Assembly (NCBI GenBank): GCA_963664435.2
Contig: CAXXKM010000002.1
Span: 96,001-160,000 of the forward strand
Length of the DNA stretch: 64,000 nucleotides
Reading direction: 5' to 3'
Source of the DNA: Longimicrobiales bacterium
GTDB taxonomy: Bacteria; Gemmatimonadota; Gemmatimonadetes; Longimicrobiales; Gaopeijiaceae
Both the position numbers and the translations under genes were made by a program. The notes beneath the pieces were generated by a model that made no database searches, was not told the DNA's origin, and worked only from the letters and a program-made list of their open reading frames with translations. Shown here piece after piece: positions 47,777 to 59,300 of this stretch (position 1 is its first letter; each line of letters starts with the position of its first letter).

Positions 47777-50407
47777 ATGCCCGCGGTCCCACTGCCCCAC
47801 CGCCGCCCCCGCCCCCACCGCACCAGCCCGACCGCGACGGTGATCCTCGGCGCCCTGCTCGCAGCCGTCGCGACCACGGCGTGCGATCCCGGCGGAGGCG
47901 CGCCCGCGGGAGAAGCCCCGCCCGCGAGACCCGACTTTGCGAACTCGCCGCGCCCCTACGCGGCGTCCTCGCACGGCGGCAACTACATGCAGAACTACTA
48001 CTTCCCGCCCGCCCCAAGCTCCACCCCGTGGTATCCCGCCTGGGCGCCCGACGGCGGGAGCATCGCGGTGGGGATGAGCGGCTCGATCTGGAGCGTCGAC
48101 CCGGCGACCGGGATCGCGACCGAGTTGGTGCGCTCGGAGGACTACCTCTCCTCGCCAAACTGGTCCCCCGACGGCCGCTGGCTGGTGTACACCGCCGACG
48201 CGGGCGGCGGCCCCATCCAGCTCGAAGTGCTGGACACCGGCACCGGGGAGATCCACCGCCTCACCGACGACGCCGAAATCTACGTCGATCCCCGCTTCTC
48301 CCCCGACGGCACGCGCCTGGCCTACGTCTCCACCCGCCCCAGCGGCTTCTTCAACATCTACATCCGCGAGATCGCGAACGGCGCGTGGGCCGGAGACGAG
48401 ATCGCGGTCAGCTACGACAACAGCTTTGGGCGCGACCGGCTCTATTTCGGGCCCTGGGACATGCACATCTCGCCCTCCTGGCTGCCCTCGGGCGAAGAGC
48501 TGCTCATCGTCTCGAACCGCGACGTACCCCTCGGCAGCGGCAACGTCTTCCGCATTCCGGCGCGGGAGAACGGCATCGACAGCCGTGTCGCGGTGCTGGA
48601 GGAGCAGAGCCTCTACCGGACCCAGCCTGACGTCTCCATCGACGGACGCCGCTTCGTCTATTCGTCCACGGCCGGGGCCGCCGACCAGTTCAACAACCTC
48701 TACGTCCAGCCCACGACCGGGGGCGAACCCTACAAGCTCACCTTCTTCGAGCACGACGCCTTCCATCCACGCTGGTCCCCGGACGGCGAGTGGATCGCCT
48801 TCATCAGCAACGAGGGGGGACTGCCACAGCTCGCGCTGCTCGAGACCTACGGCGGGGCGCTGCGCACCGTCGACATCGCGGAGCGCCGCTGGATGGAGGC
48901 GATGGGCACCCTCACGGTGACCACGCTGGGCACGGACGGCGAACCGGTCGGTTCACGCATTCACCTCACCGCCTCCGACGGCAAGCACTACACCCCGCCC
49001 GATGCCTATTCCCGCATCAGCCGGGAGCGCGACCACATCTTCCATCACACCGGAACGTTCGAGGTCGAGCTGCCCCCCGGCACGGCGCACATGACGGTCG
49101 TCCGCGGCTTCGAGCACGTGCCTCAGGAACTGGAGGTAGAGATCGTCGCGGGCGGAGAACACAGCATGAGCGTCCAGCTGGCGGAGATATCCGACCTGAG
49201 CGACCAGGGCTGGTACTCCGGGTCGACCCACGTGCACATGAACTACGCCGGAAACCTCCACAACACCCTCGAGAACCTCATGATGATGTCCGAGGCCGAG
49301 GATCAGGACGTGGTGGCCGAACAAGTCGCCAACAAGGACAACCGCATCCTCGACCACCAGTTCTTCGTGCCCGGCGGCGGCGCCCACCCCCTGTCCCGCC
49401 CCGACATGGTGCTGGTGGTGGGCCAGGAGTACCGCCCGCCTTTCTACGGCCACGTCTTCATGTTCGGCATGAGGGACCACCTCATCTCCCCGTACGTGAC
49501 CGGATACGAGCAGACCGCGATCGAGAGCCTGTATCCCTCCAACACCGACATGTTCAGGAAGGCCAAGGCGCAGGGCGCGACCACCGCCTACGTGCACTCC
49601 TTCTACAACGGCGACCCGCTGGAAGGGAACCTGGGAGGCGCCAAGGGCTTCATCGTGGACGCGGCTCTGGAAACCGCGGACGCCGTCGAGTGGTCCACCC
49701 CGCAGGACGGCTACCCGCCCGTCTACGCGGTCTGGAGCAATGATCTGCGTTCCTACGTGGTGGGCGGCGAGGACTCCATCTCCAACCTGCATGCCACGCC
49801 GCTGGTCGGCTCGATGCGCTCCTACATCCGCACGCCGGACGGCCAGCTGTCGATGGAGGGCTGGTTCGAGGGCATGCGCGCCGGCAACTCCTTCGTCTCC
49901 AGCGGTCCCCTCCTGGACGTCACCGTGGACGGACGCATCGCGGGCGAGGACCTGGAGATGGCCTCCGGCGGCGAGGTGACGGTGGCGATCCGCGCGTGGG
50001 GGGTCGTGCCCATGCGCACCGCGGTCATCGTGATGAACGGAGAGGTCGTCGAGGAGATTCCGTTCGAGGGCGACCGGCTGTCGCTCGATGTCGAGCGCAC
50101 GGTTTCGGTCGAGCGGAGCGGCTGGATCCACGTTCGCGTCCAGGGCGACCCCGGGGACCGCGCCCCGCTGGACACCTCCTATCCGCTCGCGCTCACCAAC
50201 CCGGTGTGGATCACCGTCGCGGGCGCGCCCATCCGCAGCCGGAGCGCGGCCGACTACGCCCTGCGCTGGATCGACAAGCTGCAGGCGATGGCGGAGGAGT
50301 GGCCCGGCTGGCGCTCGGACGCCGAGAAGGCGCACGTGTACGCCCAGTTCGACGAGGCGCGCGCCATCTACCGGGCCCGGGGGGAGGAGGCGGCGCCCGG
50401 AACCTGA
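47777..50407 (+). CDS. TolB/PD40-repeat protein fused to a PHP-like (CehA/McbA-like) metallohydrolase
   Basis: P.WSPDG repeats; GWYSGSTHVH; lipobox-like TTAC. Confidence 0.8.
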   Translation: MPAVPLPHRRPRPHRTSPTATVILGALLAAVATTACDPGGGAPAGEAPPARPDFANSPRPYAASSHGGNYMQNYYFPPAPSSTPWYPAWAPDGGSIAVGMSGSIWSVDPATGIATELVRSEDYLSSPNWSPDGRWLVYTADAGGGPIQLEVLDTGTGEIHRLTDDAEIYVDPRFSPDGTRLAYVSTRPSGFFNIYIREIANGAWAGDEIAVSYDNSFGRDRLYFGPWDMHISPSWLPSGEELLIVSNRDVPLGSGNVFRIPARENGIDSRVAVLEEQSLYRTQPDVSIDGRRFVYSSTAGAADQFNNLYVQPTTGGEPYKLTFFEHDAFHPRWSPDGEWIAFISNEGGLPQLALLETYGGALRTVDIAERRWMEAMGTLTVTTLGTDGEPVGSRIHLTASDGKHYTPPDAYSRISRERDHIFHHTGTFEVELPPGTAHMTVVRGFEHVPQELEVEIVAGGEHSMSVQLAEISDLSDQGWYSGSTHVHMNYAGNLHNTLENLMMMSEAEDQDVVAEQVANKDNRILDHQFFVPGGGAHPLSRPDMVLVVGQEYRPPFYGHVFMFGMRDHLISPYVTGYEQTAIESLYPSNTDMFRKAKAQGATTAYVHSFYNGDPLEGNLGGAKGFIVDAALETADAVEWSTPQDGYPPVYAVWSNDLRSYVVGGEDSISNLHATPLVGSMRSYIRTPDGQLSMEGWFEGMRAGNSFVSSGPLLDVTVDGRIAGEDLEMASGGEVTVAIRAWGVVPMRTAVIVMNGEVVEEIPFEGDRLSLDVERTVSVERSGWIHVRVQGDPGDRAPLDTSYPLALTNPVWITVAGAPIRSRSAADYALRWIDKLQAMAEEWPGWRSDAEKAHVYAQFDEARAIYRARGEEAAPGT

Positions 50408-50415
50408 GCGTCGCC

Positions 50416-52146
50416 CTACCCCTCGGGCGTCGCGTACCTGACCTCGCCGCCGACGATCGTGTACACGACCTCGGTGGCGGGGATGTCGTCCTCGGGGATC
50501 GTCAGGATGTCCTGCGAGAGCACGACGATGTCGGCGAGCTTGCCGGGGGTGAGCGAGCCCTTCAGGTGCTCCTCGAACGCTGCGTAGGCGTTGTTGATCG
50601 TGTAGCTCTCGAGCGCCTCCTCGCGCGTCATGCGGTGCTCGCCGGAGAGGACCTCTCCGTTGTTCATGCGCCGGCTCACCGATGAGAAGAAGCTCGCGAT
50701 CGGCGAAATGTGCTCCACGGGCACGTCGGTGCCGTTCGCGATCATGACGCCGGCATCCAGGATGTCCCGCCACACGTAGGAGGTTGCGATCATCCGCGCC
50801 TGCCCCAGGCGGTCCGCCAGCCAGGGTCCGTCGGAGGTGGCGTGCACGCCCTGCATCGACGCGATCACGTCCAGTTCGGCGAAACGCCCGACGTCGGCCG
50901 GGTTGAGGTGCTGCGCGTGCTCGATGCGCCAGCGCAGATCGGTGGCGTCGGGGTTGGCCGCGAACACCTGCTCGTAGATGTCGAGCACCTCGCGGTTGGC
51001 GCGGTCGCCGATGGCGTGGGTGTTGACCTGGAAGCCGTGCCGGATCGCCACCTCGGCGGTGCCGGTGATGTCCTCCACGGTCTCGAGCACCAGCCCCGGG
51101 TTGTCCATGTCGACGTAGTTCTCGAGCAGCCAGGCCCCGTGCGACCCGAGCGCCCCGTCGATCTGGCGCTTGATGGAGCGGACGGACAGGAAGTCGTTGC
51201 CCTCGGGGATGGTGCGGTAGTCGGGAAGCTTCTCGTCCATCACCTCGTTCGACTCGCGCACCATCACGTACAGGCGGACCGGGAGCGCTCCCTCCGCCGC
51301 GAGCGCGCGCAGCCGATCGATGGTTGCGAAGTCGCTGCCGGCGTCCTGGAAGCTGGTAACCCCGTAGGCCAGAGCCTCCGCGCCGGCGAGTTCGACCGCC
51401 CGCCGGAACTCGGCGTCCACGTCCTCGGCGGAGCGTCCCTCGCCGGCACGCGCGATGGCGTCGCCCACCAGGCGCTGGGCGGTCTCGCGCATCAGGCCGG
51501 TGGGCGCGCCCGATGCGTCCCGCACGATGGTGCCGCCGGGCGGGTCGGCGGTGTTCTCGTCGATCCCGGCGAGCTGCATCGCCAGCGCGTTGGCGAAGGA
51601 GGCGTGGCCGCTCGCATGCCCCAGGTTGACCGGGTTCTCGGGGCTGGCCGCGGAAAGGTCGGTGTGCAGCGGCACTCCGTCGACGTTGGGCTCGGGGGTC
51701 GAGGTCCACTTCTCCTGGTGCCAGCCGCGTCCGGTCACCCACTCGCCCGGCGCCGCCCGGCTGGCCGCGTCGCCCACCATCTGAACGATGTCGTCCCAGC
51801 TGGTGGCCGTGGTGAGGTCCAGGATCATCTTCGCGCGGCCCAGGCTCATGTAGTGGCCGTGGCCCTCGATGAAGCCGGGAATCACCAGCCTGCCGTCGAG
51901 CTCGATGACCTCGGTCGAGGGGCCGACGTAGCCGGCGATCTCCTCGTTCGTCCCCACCGCCGTGATGGTGTACCCGGTCACCGCGAGCGCCTCCGCCTCC
52001 GGCAGGGCGTCGTCGACGGTCACGACCTTGCCGCCCATCAGCACCAGATCCGCCTGCTCGGCGGGGCCCGGCTCGCAGGCGGCGATCAGGACACCCGCCA
52101 GGAACGCCGACCGCGTGAGCGGAACAACCAGGGACAGCTTGCTCAT
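50416..52146 (-). CDS. Amidohydrolase (YtcJ-like)
   Basis: PGFIEGHGH, THAIGDRAN, RIEHAQ, GKLADIVVL. Confidence 0.9.
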   Translation of the reverse strand: MSKLSLVVPLTRSAFLAGVLIAACEPGPAEQADLVLMGGKVVTVDDALPEAEALAVTGYTITAVGTNEEIAGYVGPSTEVIELDGRLVIPGFIEGHGHYMSLGRAKMILDLTTATSWDDIVQMVGDAASRAAPGEWVTGRGWHQEKWTSTPEPNVDGVPLHTDLSAASPENPVNLGHASGHASFANALAMQLAGIDENTADPPGGTIVRDASGAPTGLMRETAQRLVGDAIARAGEGRSAEDVDAEFRRAVELAGAEALAYGVTSFQDAGSDFATIDRLRALAAEGALPVRLYVMVRESNEVMDEKLPDYRTIPEGNDFLSVRSIKRQIDGALGSHGAWLLENYVDMDNPGLVLETVEDITGTAEVAIRHGFQVNTHAIGDRANREVLDIYEQVFAANPDATDLRWRIEHAQHLNPADVGRFAELDVIASMQGVHATSDGPWLADRLGQARMIATSYVWRDILDAGVMIANGTDVPVEHISPIASFFSSVSRRMNNGEVLSGEHRMTREEALESYTINNAYAAFEEHLKGSLTPGKLADIVVLSQDILTIPEDDIPATEVVYTIVGGEVRYATPEG

Positions 52147-52196
52147 GGGAACTCCGGACAAGGATGGAGAGACAAACGGGAGGGCAGGGATCGGGT

Positions 52197-52253
52197 CTGC
52201 CAAAATGGCAGATTCATGGCATGTCGCGGGCTCGAGGTCTGCCAAAATGGCAG
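52197..52253. promoter_or_regulatory. Pair of CTGCCAAAATGGCAG palindromes
   Basis: 52197-52211 and 52239-52253; same motif as 4090-4145. Confidence 0.55.
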
Positions 52254-52280
52254 ACGGCGCGTTGTTCCCTCAGGATAGCG

Positions 52281-53036
52281 TCAGGGCACCATGCGGTCCA
52301 GAAACGCGCGCTCGTCCACCGTGAGGCTGCGGGCGCCGAAGGTCTGCACCTTGCGGAGCAGCGCGATGACCTCGGCGCGGTTGAGTTCGTGCAACTCGTC
52401 CACCGGGATGAGTTCCCACTTGCGCCGCATCTCCGCGTCGGGCCTGGCCTTGACCACCCCCTGCATGCGCCGCCGAACCATCCGGCGCCGGCGTTCCCGG
52501 GCCCAGAGGTAGACCAGCGCGCCGGCGAAACCGCCGAGGTGCGCGAAGTGCGCCACGCCGTCGTTTACCTGAGTGATGCCCGCGAACAGGCTGAAGCCCG
52601 CGAGGAAGAGGATCAGCCAGCGCGCCCGGATGGGCAGGATGCCCCAGATGTAGACCGGCTCCCGGGGCCAGTAGCGGGCGAAGCCCAGCAGGACCGCGAA
52701 CACCGCGCCCGAGGCGCCCACGACCGGCGCCATGGGGGGCAGGAAGGAGAAGAGCGCGCCCCCCAGACCGCCGAACAGGTAGAGCCTGAGGAAGTGCGCC
52801 GACCCCATGCGCGACTCCAGCCGCGGCCCGAAGAAGTAGAGCCCCAGCATGTTGAGCGCGAGATGCCAGAAGCCCGCGTGGAGGAACATGTAGGTGAGGA
52901 GCGTCCACGGCCGGAACAGGGCGAACTGGGGCACCAGGGTGAGGGCCCAGAAGCCGTCGGATCGCGGCCCCGCGACCGCAAAGAGCAGAAAGACCACCGC
53001 GTTGGCGGTGATCAGTCGTCTTACCCACGGTGTCAT
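52281..53036 (-). CDS. Rhomboid intramembrane serine protease
   Basis: HLALNM, GASG, AHFAHLGG. Confidence 0.92.
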   Translation of the reverse strand: MTPWVRRLITANAVVFLLFAVAGPRSDGFWALTLVPQFALFRPWTLLTYMFLHAGFWHLALNMLGLYFFGPRLESRMGSAHFLRLYLFGGLGGALFSFLPPMAPVVGASGAVFAVLLGFARYWPREPVYIWGILPIRARWLILFLAGFSLFAGITQVNDGVAHFAHLGGFAGALVYLWARERRRRMVRRRMQGVVKARPDAEMRRKWELIPVDELHELNRAEVIALLRKVQTFGARSLTVDERAFLDRMVP

Positions 53037-53238
53037 CTCGGGCCGGCTCTTCCGTCCGCGGTTTCGTGAGGGCTGGGAAGCGGCGCGGCGTGGGGCTGCT
53101 GCCATGGGACCGCGCCCGCGCCATCAGTACCAGCGCCCGACTCCACGGGTTCCGGGATTCGCGCGGCGGGTCTGGTGATTCGGCGGCGCACGCGTGCATA
53201 TTCCGGGTTCGAAGTCCGCATCGAAACTGGAGAGCCGG

Positions 53239-54972
53239 ATGATGAACTCGAAGTCGCGCTGGACGCTCCCGCTGTTGGTGGCCCTGACCGCCTGTCAGGG
53301 AGGCGAAGTACCCCCGGGAACGGGAGATGACGCCCCGGGGACCCTCGGCTTGCGCTCACACGACGGCATGGTGTCGTCGACCAACATCATTGCCAGCGAG
53401 GTGGGCGCCGAGGTGCTGGCGGCCGGAGGCAACGCCGTCGACGCCGCAATCGCCACCGGCCTGGCCCTGGCCGTGGTCCACCCGAGTGCCGGAAACATCG
53501 GGGGCGGGGGCTTCATGGTGATCCGGAGCCCCGACGGGAGCGCGACCGCCATCGACTTCCGCGAAAAGGCGCCCCTCGCCGCGCATCCCGAGATGTTCAC
53601 CGACGAGGACGGCGAGTACTCCTTCGACATCCACCACGGCAGTCATGTCGCCGTGGGCGTCCCGGGCACGGTGGCCGGCTTCGCCCTCGCGCACGAGCGC
53701 TACGGCAGCGGGATGCCCTGGCCGGACCTGGTGGCGCCCGCGGTCGGGCTGGCCGGCGACGGCTTCACCCTCAGCCCGGCGCTGGCGCGCTCGCTGGCCT
53801 CCGTCCTCCCGCGCATGGAGCCCTATCCCGCCAGCGTCGCCCAGTTCTCGAAGGACGGCGTTCCGTACGAAGAGGGAGAGCTGTTCCGGCAACCCGACCT
53901 GGCGCGCACCCTCGGGCTCATCCGCGACCAGGGCAGGGACGGGTTCTACCGGGGCGAGACCGCGCGTCTCCTCGCCGAGGAGATGGTGCGCGGCGGCGGC
54001 ATGATCACGGAGGAGGACCTGGCCCGCTACGAGGCACAGGAGCGGACCCCCATCCACGGGACCTACAGGGGTTACGACCTGGTCTCGATGCCGCCCCCCT
54101 CGAGCGGCGGCACCGCGATCGTCCAGATGCTGAACATCCTGGAAGGCTTCGACATGGCGTCGATGGGGCACAATTCCGCGGCCTACATTCACCATCTCAC
54201 CGAGGCGATGCGCCTCGCGTACCGCGACCGGGCCCAGTTCCTGGCCGACACCGATTTCGTCGACGTGCCCCTGGACCGGCTCACCAGCAAGGACTACGCG
54301 GACGAGCTGCGGGGCAGGATCCACGCCGACCAGGCCGGCCACTCCGAGCCGTCCCAGCTGGTGATGGCCGAAGAGAGCGACGAGACCACCCACTACTCGG
54401 TGGTCGACCGCGGCGGCATGGCGGTTTCGGTCACCTACACGCTGGAGCAGGGCTACGGGTCGAAGATCACCGTTCCCGGGGCGGGCTTCCTCCTCAACAA
54501 CGAGATGGGCGACTTCAACGGAAAGCCCGGCCTTACCAACGAGCGCGGACTGATCGGCACCGAGGCCAACCTGGCGCGGCCCGAGCAGCGCATGCTCTCC
54601 AGCATGAGCCCCTCCGTGCTGTCGCGCGACGGCGAGCTGGTGGCGGTCATCGGAACCCCGGGCGGGCGCACCATCATCAATACCGTGATGCAGCTGGTGC
54701 TCAACATCGTCGATCACGGCATGACCATCGAGGAAGCGGTGGCGGCGCCCCGGATCCATCACCAGTGGCTCCCGAACAACGTGCGCATCGAGCAGGGCGG
54801 CGTTTCGGATGCGGGTGTCGCGGCGCTCGAGGCGATGGGCCACGAGGTCCAGGTGAGGGGGAGCCAGGGGCGGGCCAGTTCGATCGGGGTCGATCCGGAG
54901 ACGGGCGAGTTCGTCGGCGCCCCCGATCCCCGCAGTCCGGACGGAGGGGCGGCGGCACCCTCGGGCAGCTGA
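53239..54972 (+). CDS. ggt: Gamma-glutamyltransferase
   Basis: GGNAVDAA, DFREKAP, ETTHYSV (nucleophile Thr), NNEMGDF, LSSMSP. Confidence 0.95.
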   Translation: MMNSKSRWTLPLLVALTACQGGEVPPGTGDDAPGTLGLRSHDGMVSSTNIIASEVGAEVLAAGGNAVDAAIATGLALAVVHPSAGNIGGGGFMVIRSPDGSATAIDFREKAPLAAHPEMFTDEDGEYSFDIHHGSHVAVGVPGTVAGFALAHERYGSGMPWPDLVAPAVGLAGDGFTLSPALARSLASVLPRMEPYPASVAQFSKDGVPYEEGELFRQPDLARTLGLIRDQGRDGFYRGETARLLAEEMVRGGGMITEEDLARYEAQERTPIHGTYRGYDLVSMPPPSSGGTAIVQMLNILEGFDMASMGHNSAAYIHHLTEAMRLAYRDRAQFLADTDFVDVPLDRLTSKDYADELRGRIHADQAGHSEPSQLVMAEESDETTHYSVVDRGGMAVSVTYTLEQGYGSKITVPGAGFLLNNEMGDFNGKPGLTNERGLIGTEANLARPEQRMLSSMSPSVLSRDGELVAVIGTPGGRTIINTVMQLVLNIVDHGMTIEEAVAAPRIHHQWLPNNVRIEQGGVSDAGVAALEAMGHEVQVRGSQGRASSIGVDPETGEFVGAPDPRSPDGGAAAPSGS

Positions 54973-55135
54973 CGGCTCCAGCCGCCGGGCGACGACGTCC
55001 CGACGTGCGTTTTCCGAGACAGAGTTCGTGGGCGCCGGGGCAGCGGTGCGTTCGAAAAGCTGACTTCGGCGCCACTCTCATGCGTCCGCCGGAGAAGTCC
55101 GACACGCGGAGCCCGGGACCGGTCGGATCCTGTTC

Positions 55136-56332
55136 GTGAAGGACCCGAACGCACCTGCCCACCCGTACCTCATCGTTTTCGCCCTCTGGCTGCTCGTGTT
55201 CTCGGCGAGCAGTCAGACGATGGTCATTGCCCCGATCCTGCCCCTGATCCGGGAAGAGCTGGGTATCGCCGATGCCTTTCTGGGCACCCTGGTCACGGTC
55301 TACAGCCTGATGGTGGGGATCATGGCGGTCATCTCCGGCCCGATCTCCGACCGCGTCGGGCGGCGCCGCATCCTGCTGCTGGGGTCCGGGGCAATGACCT
55401 GCACCCTCGCCCTGCACGCCTTCGTCGACTCCTATCCGGAGTTCCTGGTGGTGCGCGTGCTCGCGGGCGCCGCGGGGGGCGTGCTCTCCGGCGCGGCGGT
55501 GTCCTACGTCGGCGACTACTTCCCCTACAGGCGGCGCGGATGGGCGACGGGCTGGGTCATGAGCGGATCGGCCGTCGGCCTCATCATCGGCATTCCGGTG
55601 GGCGTCCTGCTGGCGGGCGATTTCGGCTTCCGCAGCCCCTTCTACTTCTTCGGCATCATGATGGCGCTGACCTTCCTGCTGGTGTACGCGCGGGTGCCGC
55701 AGCCGCCGGTGAAGCGCCGGCGTTCGCGGCTGACGGTCAACCGGGCGATCGCGGGCTACGTCGTCATGCTGCGCCGCCCGGAGATCGCCTTTGCGGCGCT
55801 CGCCTTCTTCACCGTGTCGCTGGGGGTCGCTCTCTTCGTGGTCTATTTCCCCACGTGGCTGGAGAGCTTCCACGACGCCACCTCCGAACAGATCGCGTCG
55901 CTGTTCCTGGTGGCCGGCGTGGCCAACGTCATCGCGGGTCCCCAGGCCGGCAAGCTGTCCGATCGGGTGGGCCGCAGGGTGATGGTGATCTCCTCGTGCG
56001 TGGGGCTCTCGGTGGTCATGCTCGCGACGGTGCCGCTCATCACCAGCCTGTGGGTCGCCTATCCGCTCTACGCCCTGATGATGATGCTCATCGCGATGCG
56101 CACGAGCCCGTACTCGGCCCTACTGACGGCGCTCGTCCCGGCCAGCCGACGCGGCTCCCTCATGAGCCTGACGGTCGCGCTCGGGCAGGTGGGATTCGCG
56201 CTGGGCGCGATGGTGGCGGGGTACTCCTACTCGAACCTGGGATTCGCCGGCAACACGGTCATCGGGGCGGTGGCGGTGCTCTTCATGGGATGGATCGTGT
56301 GGGCCAGGCTGCCCGAGCCGGAGCGGAGGTGA
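55136..56332 (+). CDS. MFS transporter
   Basis: GPISDRVGRR and GKLSDRVGRR motif A; about 12 TM segments. Confidence 0.92.
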   Translation: MKDPNAPAHPYLIVFALWLLVFSASSQTMVIAPILPLIREELGIADAFLGTLVTVYSLMVGIMAVISGPISDRVGRRRILLLGSGAMTCTLALHAFVDSYPEFLVVRVLAGAAGGVLSGAAVSYVGDYFPYRRRGWATGWVMSGSAVGLIIGIPVGVLLAGDFGFRSPFYFFGIMMALTFLLVYARVPQPPVKRRRSRLTVNRAIAGYVVMLRRPEIAFAALAFFTVSLGVALFVVYFPTWLESFHDATSEQIASLFLVAGVANVIAGPQAGKLSDRVGRRVMVISSCVGLSVVMLATVPLITSLWVAYPLYALMMMLIAMRTSPYSALLTALVPASRRGSLMSLTVALGQVGFALGAMVAGYSYSNLGFAGNTVIGAVAVLFMGWIVWARLPEPERR

Positions 56333-56333
56333 C

Positions 56334-59300
56334 CTAAGGCTCGTCCTCCACGAACCCGCGGTAACCGAGTGGGCGACGCCGCGGCCAGACCTCGTCCAGG
56401 GTCCCGGCCTCGAAGAGCCGCCCGTTGACCATGACCTGCTCGACGGACACGGAATTGCGCAGATCGTCGAGCGGGTCGCGCGACAGGATCGCCAGGTCGG
56501 CCAGCTTCCCGGGCTCCAGGGATCCGAGTTCCGTCTCGAGCCCGATGCCGTTCGCGCCGAAGATGGTGGCGGACCTGAGGGCGTCGTGGTTCGACATTCC
56601 GCCTGAGGCCACCATCCAGAGCTCCCAGTGGAAGCCCAGGCCCTGCAGCTGGCCGTGGCTTCCGACGCCCGCGAAGCCGCCGTCGGCCACGACGTCGGCG
56701 AGGAAGCGGGCGTGGTCCTCGAAGACGAACTCCTCGTCCATGGCCCAGGCGACGGCCCCGGCGGCTCCCGCGCGTCGCCGGGTGCGGGCATCGAGGGTCT
56801 CGTGCGGGGTGAAGCGCGCCAGTCGCTCGTTGTCGTGGACGCCTCCGCGCGTAAACCAGTAGATCTCGCCCATTGGGCCGCCGAAGGAGACGATGAGGGT
56901 CGGCGTGTTCACGACCTTCGTCTCGGAGAAAAGCCGCACGACATCCCGATAGAGGGGATAGACGGGCAGGTTGTGCTCGATGCCGGGATAGCCGTCGATG
57001 GCGTGGGTCAGGTCGAGCTGGAAGTCCAGTCCCGCCTCGGTGGTGGGCATGAGCTCCAGTTCGCGCGCCGCCATCACCAGCCACTGCCTCTGCTGGCGGT
57101 TGCCCGCGAGGTACATCTTGAAGGTCCTGGTGCCGTAGTACTCCGAGTACCGCCTGAGGATGTCGCGCGCGTGGTCGAGGTCGCGGATCCCCTCGCGTGC
57201 CTGGTAGTTGCCGAAGACCCCCGGCCCGGTGGAATAGATGCGCGGGCCCAGGATGTCGCCCGAGCGCACCCGGTCCGCGTAGGTGAGAACATCCGAAACG
57301 CCGGTCTGGGGGTCGCGCGTGGTGGTGACCCCGAAGGCCAGGTTGGCGAGGTAACCCCAGGGCTGCGTGGTGTGGACGCCCGCGGGCGGCCGGAGGTGGG
57401 CGTGGGTATCGACGAAGCCGGGGAGGATGGTCATGCCGCTCACGTCGCGGACTTCCGCGTCCTCCGGGACATCCAGCGAGCCGGACGGGCCGAGCGCGGC
57501 GATGCGGTTGCCATCGACGAGGATGTCGCCCCGTTCGATGACCTCCTCGCCCCGCATGGTGATGAGGCGGGCGCCGCTCAGCAGCAGTCTTCCCGTGGGA
57601 AGGTCGCGGGGCGCGTCGAGGGCCACGCGCACTTCCACGGGCTGGTAGCGGGCGTCGTCGGAGTCGTCCCGCTCAGGGTCGTCTCCGGCAGCTTCAGGGT
57701 CGTCTTCGGCGGGGTCTGCGGGCTCGTCCGGGCCCGGGTCGGCGGCGGCGGGGTCCCCGGCCCCGTCCTCTTCCGCGGCCCCGGCTGCTTCCACGCTGTC
57801 CGCGAAGGCCTCGGCATCATCGATGTCGTAACGGAAATAGGCGTTGCCCAGCGCCCAGACCGCCCCCTCGCCATCGCTGTTCCACGACAGGAACTCGCCG
57901 CCAAAATCGGTGATCCGGGTGACGGGAACCGGTGCGCCGGAAGGATTGCGGACCGAGACCGTGGGCGCCTCGCCGCCCACCTGCGGCACGGTCACCAGGT
58001 AGAGGTCGTTGCCGACCCTGGCCAGCGCGCGGCCTCCGGCGGGGGACATGCGGATCGAGGAGGCGTTGGCGGGAGGGCCGCCGCGGTTGGCCGAGAATCC
58101 CGTGACCTTGAGATGCTCCCTCTCGTCGGTGCCGTCCCAGCGCACCGAGACCAGTCCGCGCGCGCCGGCGTGCAGGTAGATGCGGTCGGACTGGTCGGTC
58201 CTGAAGTGCGGCCGGGAGCGGCCCAGCGCCTCCGCCACGACGGTGGGAGCACCTGCGGCGGCCGATCCGTACCAGACGATGTCGGTCTGGCTGCCGCCCC
58301 CCGCGCCGGGCAGGCGGCTGCGCACGGGGGACTGCAGCACGACGATCCGGTCGCCGTCGGGCGACCACGCGGGAGACTGGAGGTAGCGGGACGCCTGCGA
58401 GAGCTGCCGCGCGTCGCCGTCATCGGCCGACACCGCCCACAGGCGCCCGCCTCCCGGCTCCAGCCAGCTCACCGCCGCGAGGGTTTCGCCGTCGGGCGAC
58501 CAGGCCGGGTGAGACAGCGCGCCCTCGATTCCCGCGCCGACACGCCGCGGCTCGCCCCCGTCGGCGTCCATCACATACAGATCGCCGAGCGCTGTGAAGG
58601 CGACTTCGCCGCCGTCGGGCGAGAGCGCCACGTCGCGGATCTGGCGCACGAGGAAGGTCGGCGTGTCCTCGACCGGGTAGTCGAAGTCCAGGCGCGGCCC
58701 CGCGTGGACCACCACGTCGGCCGCGAAGGGGATCGCGGCCGGCTCGCTCCCGTCCAGCGGCACCCGCCAGATCCGCCCGCCATACGAGGCCACGAGCGCC
58801 GAGCCGTCGGGCATGAACGCGTAGCCCGGAAGCAGGTCGAGGGTCGCGCGGCTCTCCATGTCGTCGCGCTGCACCGGGAAGACCAGCCAGCGCTCGTCGC
58901 CGGTGGCGAGGTCACGGGCGCGCAGCCCGGTGGCGTCCTCGTGCCGGGAACCGTACACCAGCGTGCCGCCGTCGGGCGACACGGCCGGGCGGAACCCCGA
59001 CCCGTAGCGGCCCGTCACGGTCGCCTGCCGCCCGGTCTCGCGGTCGTAGCGAATGAGCTGGTACTTGGGGAAGGCCGCGTCGTAGGTCCAGTCGCGCGTC
59101 CCCTGCGCCAGGTAGATGTAGCGACCCGACGGATCGAACGCGGGACCGATGGCCTTGAGTTGCTCGGGCTCGTCGATCAGCGCGATTCCACTTCCACCGC
59201 CGCGGTGGAAGAGCCACGGCTTGGCGGCCCCGCCCAGCGGGCTGAAGGTGCGCGACGCCACCAGGTAGTCGCCGTCCGGCGACCACTCGGGCGACGTGTA

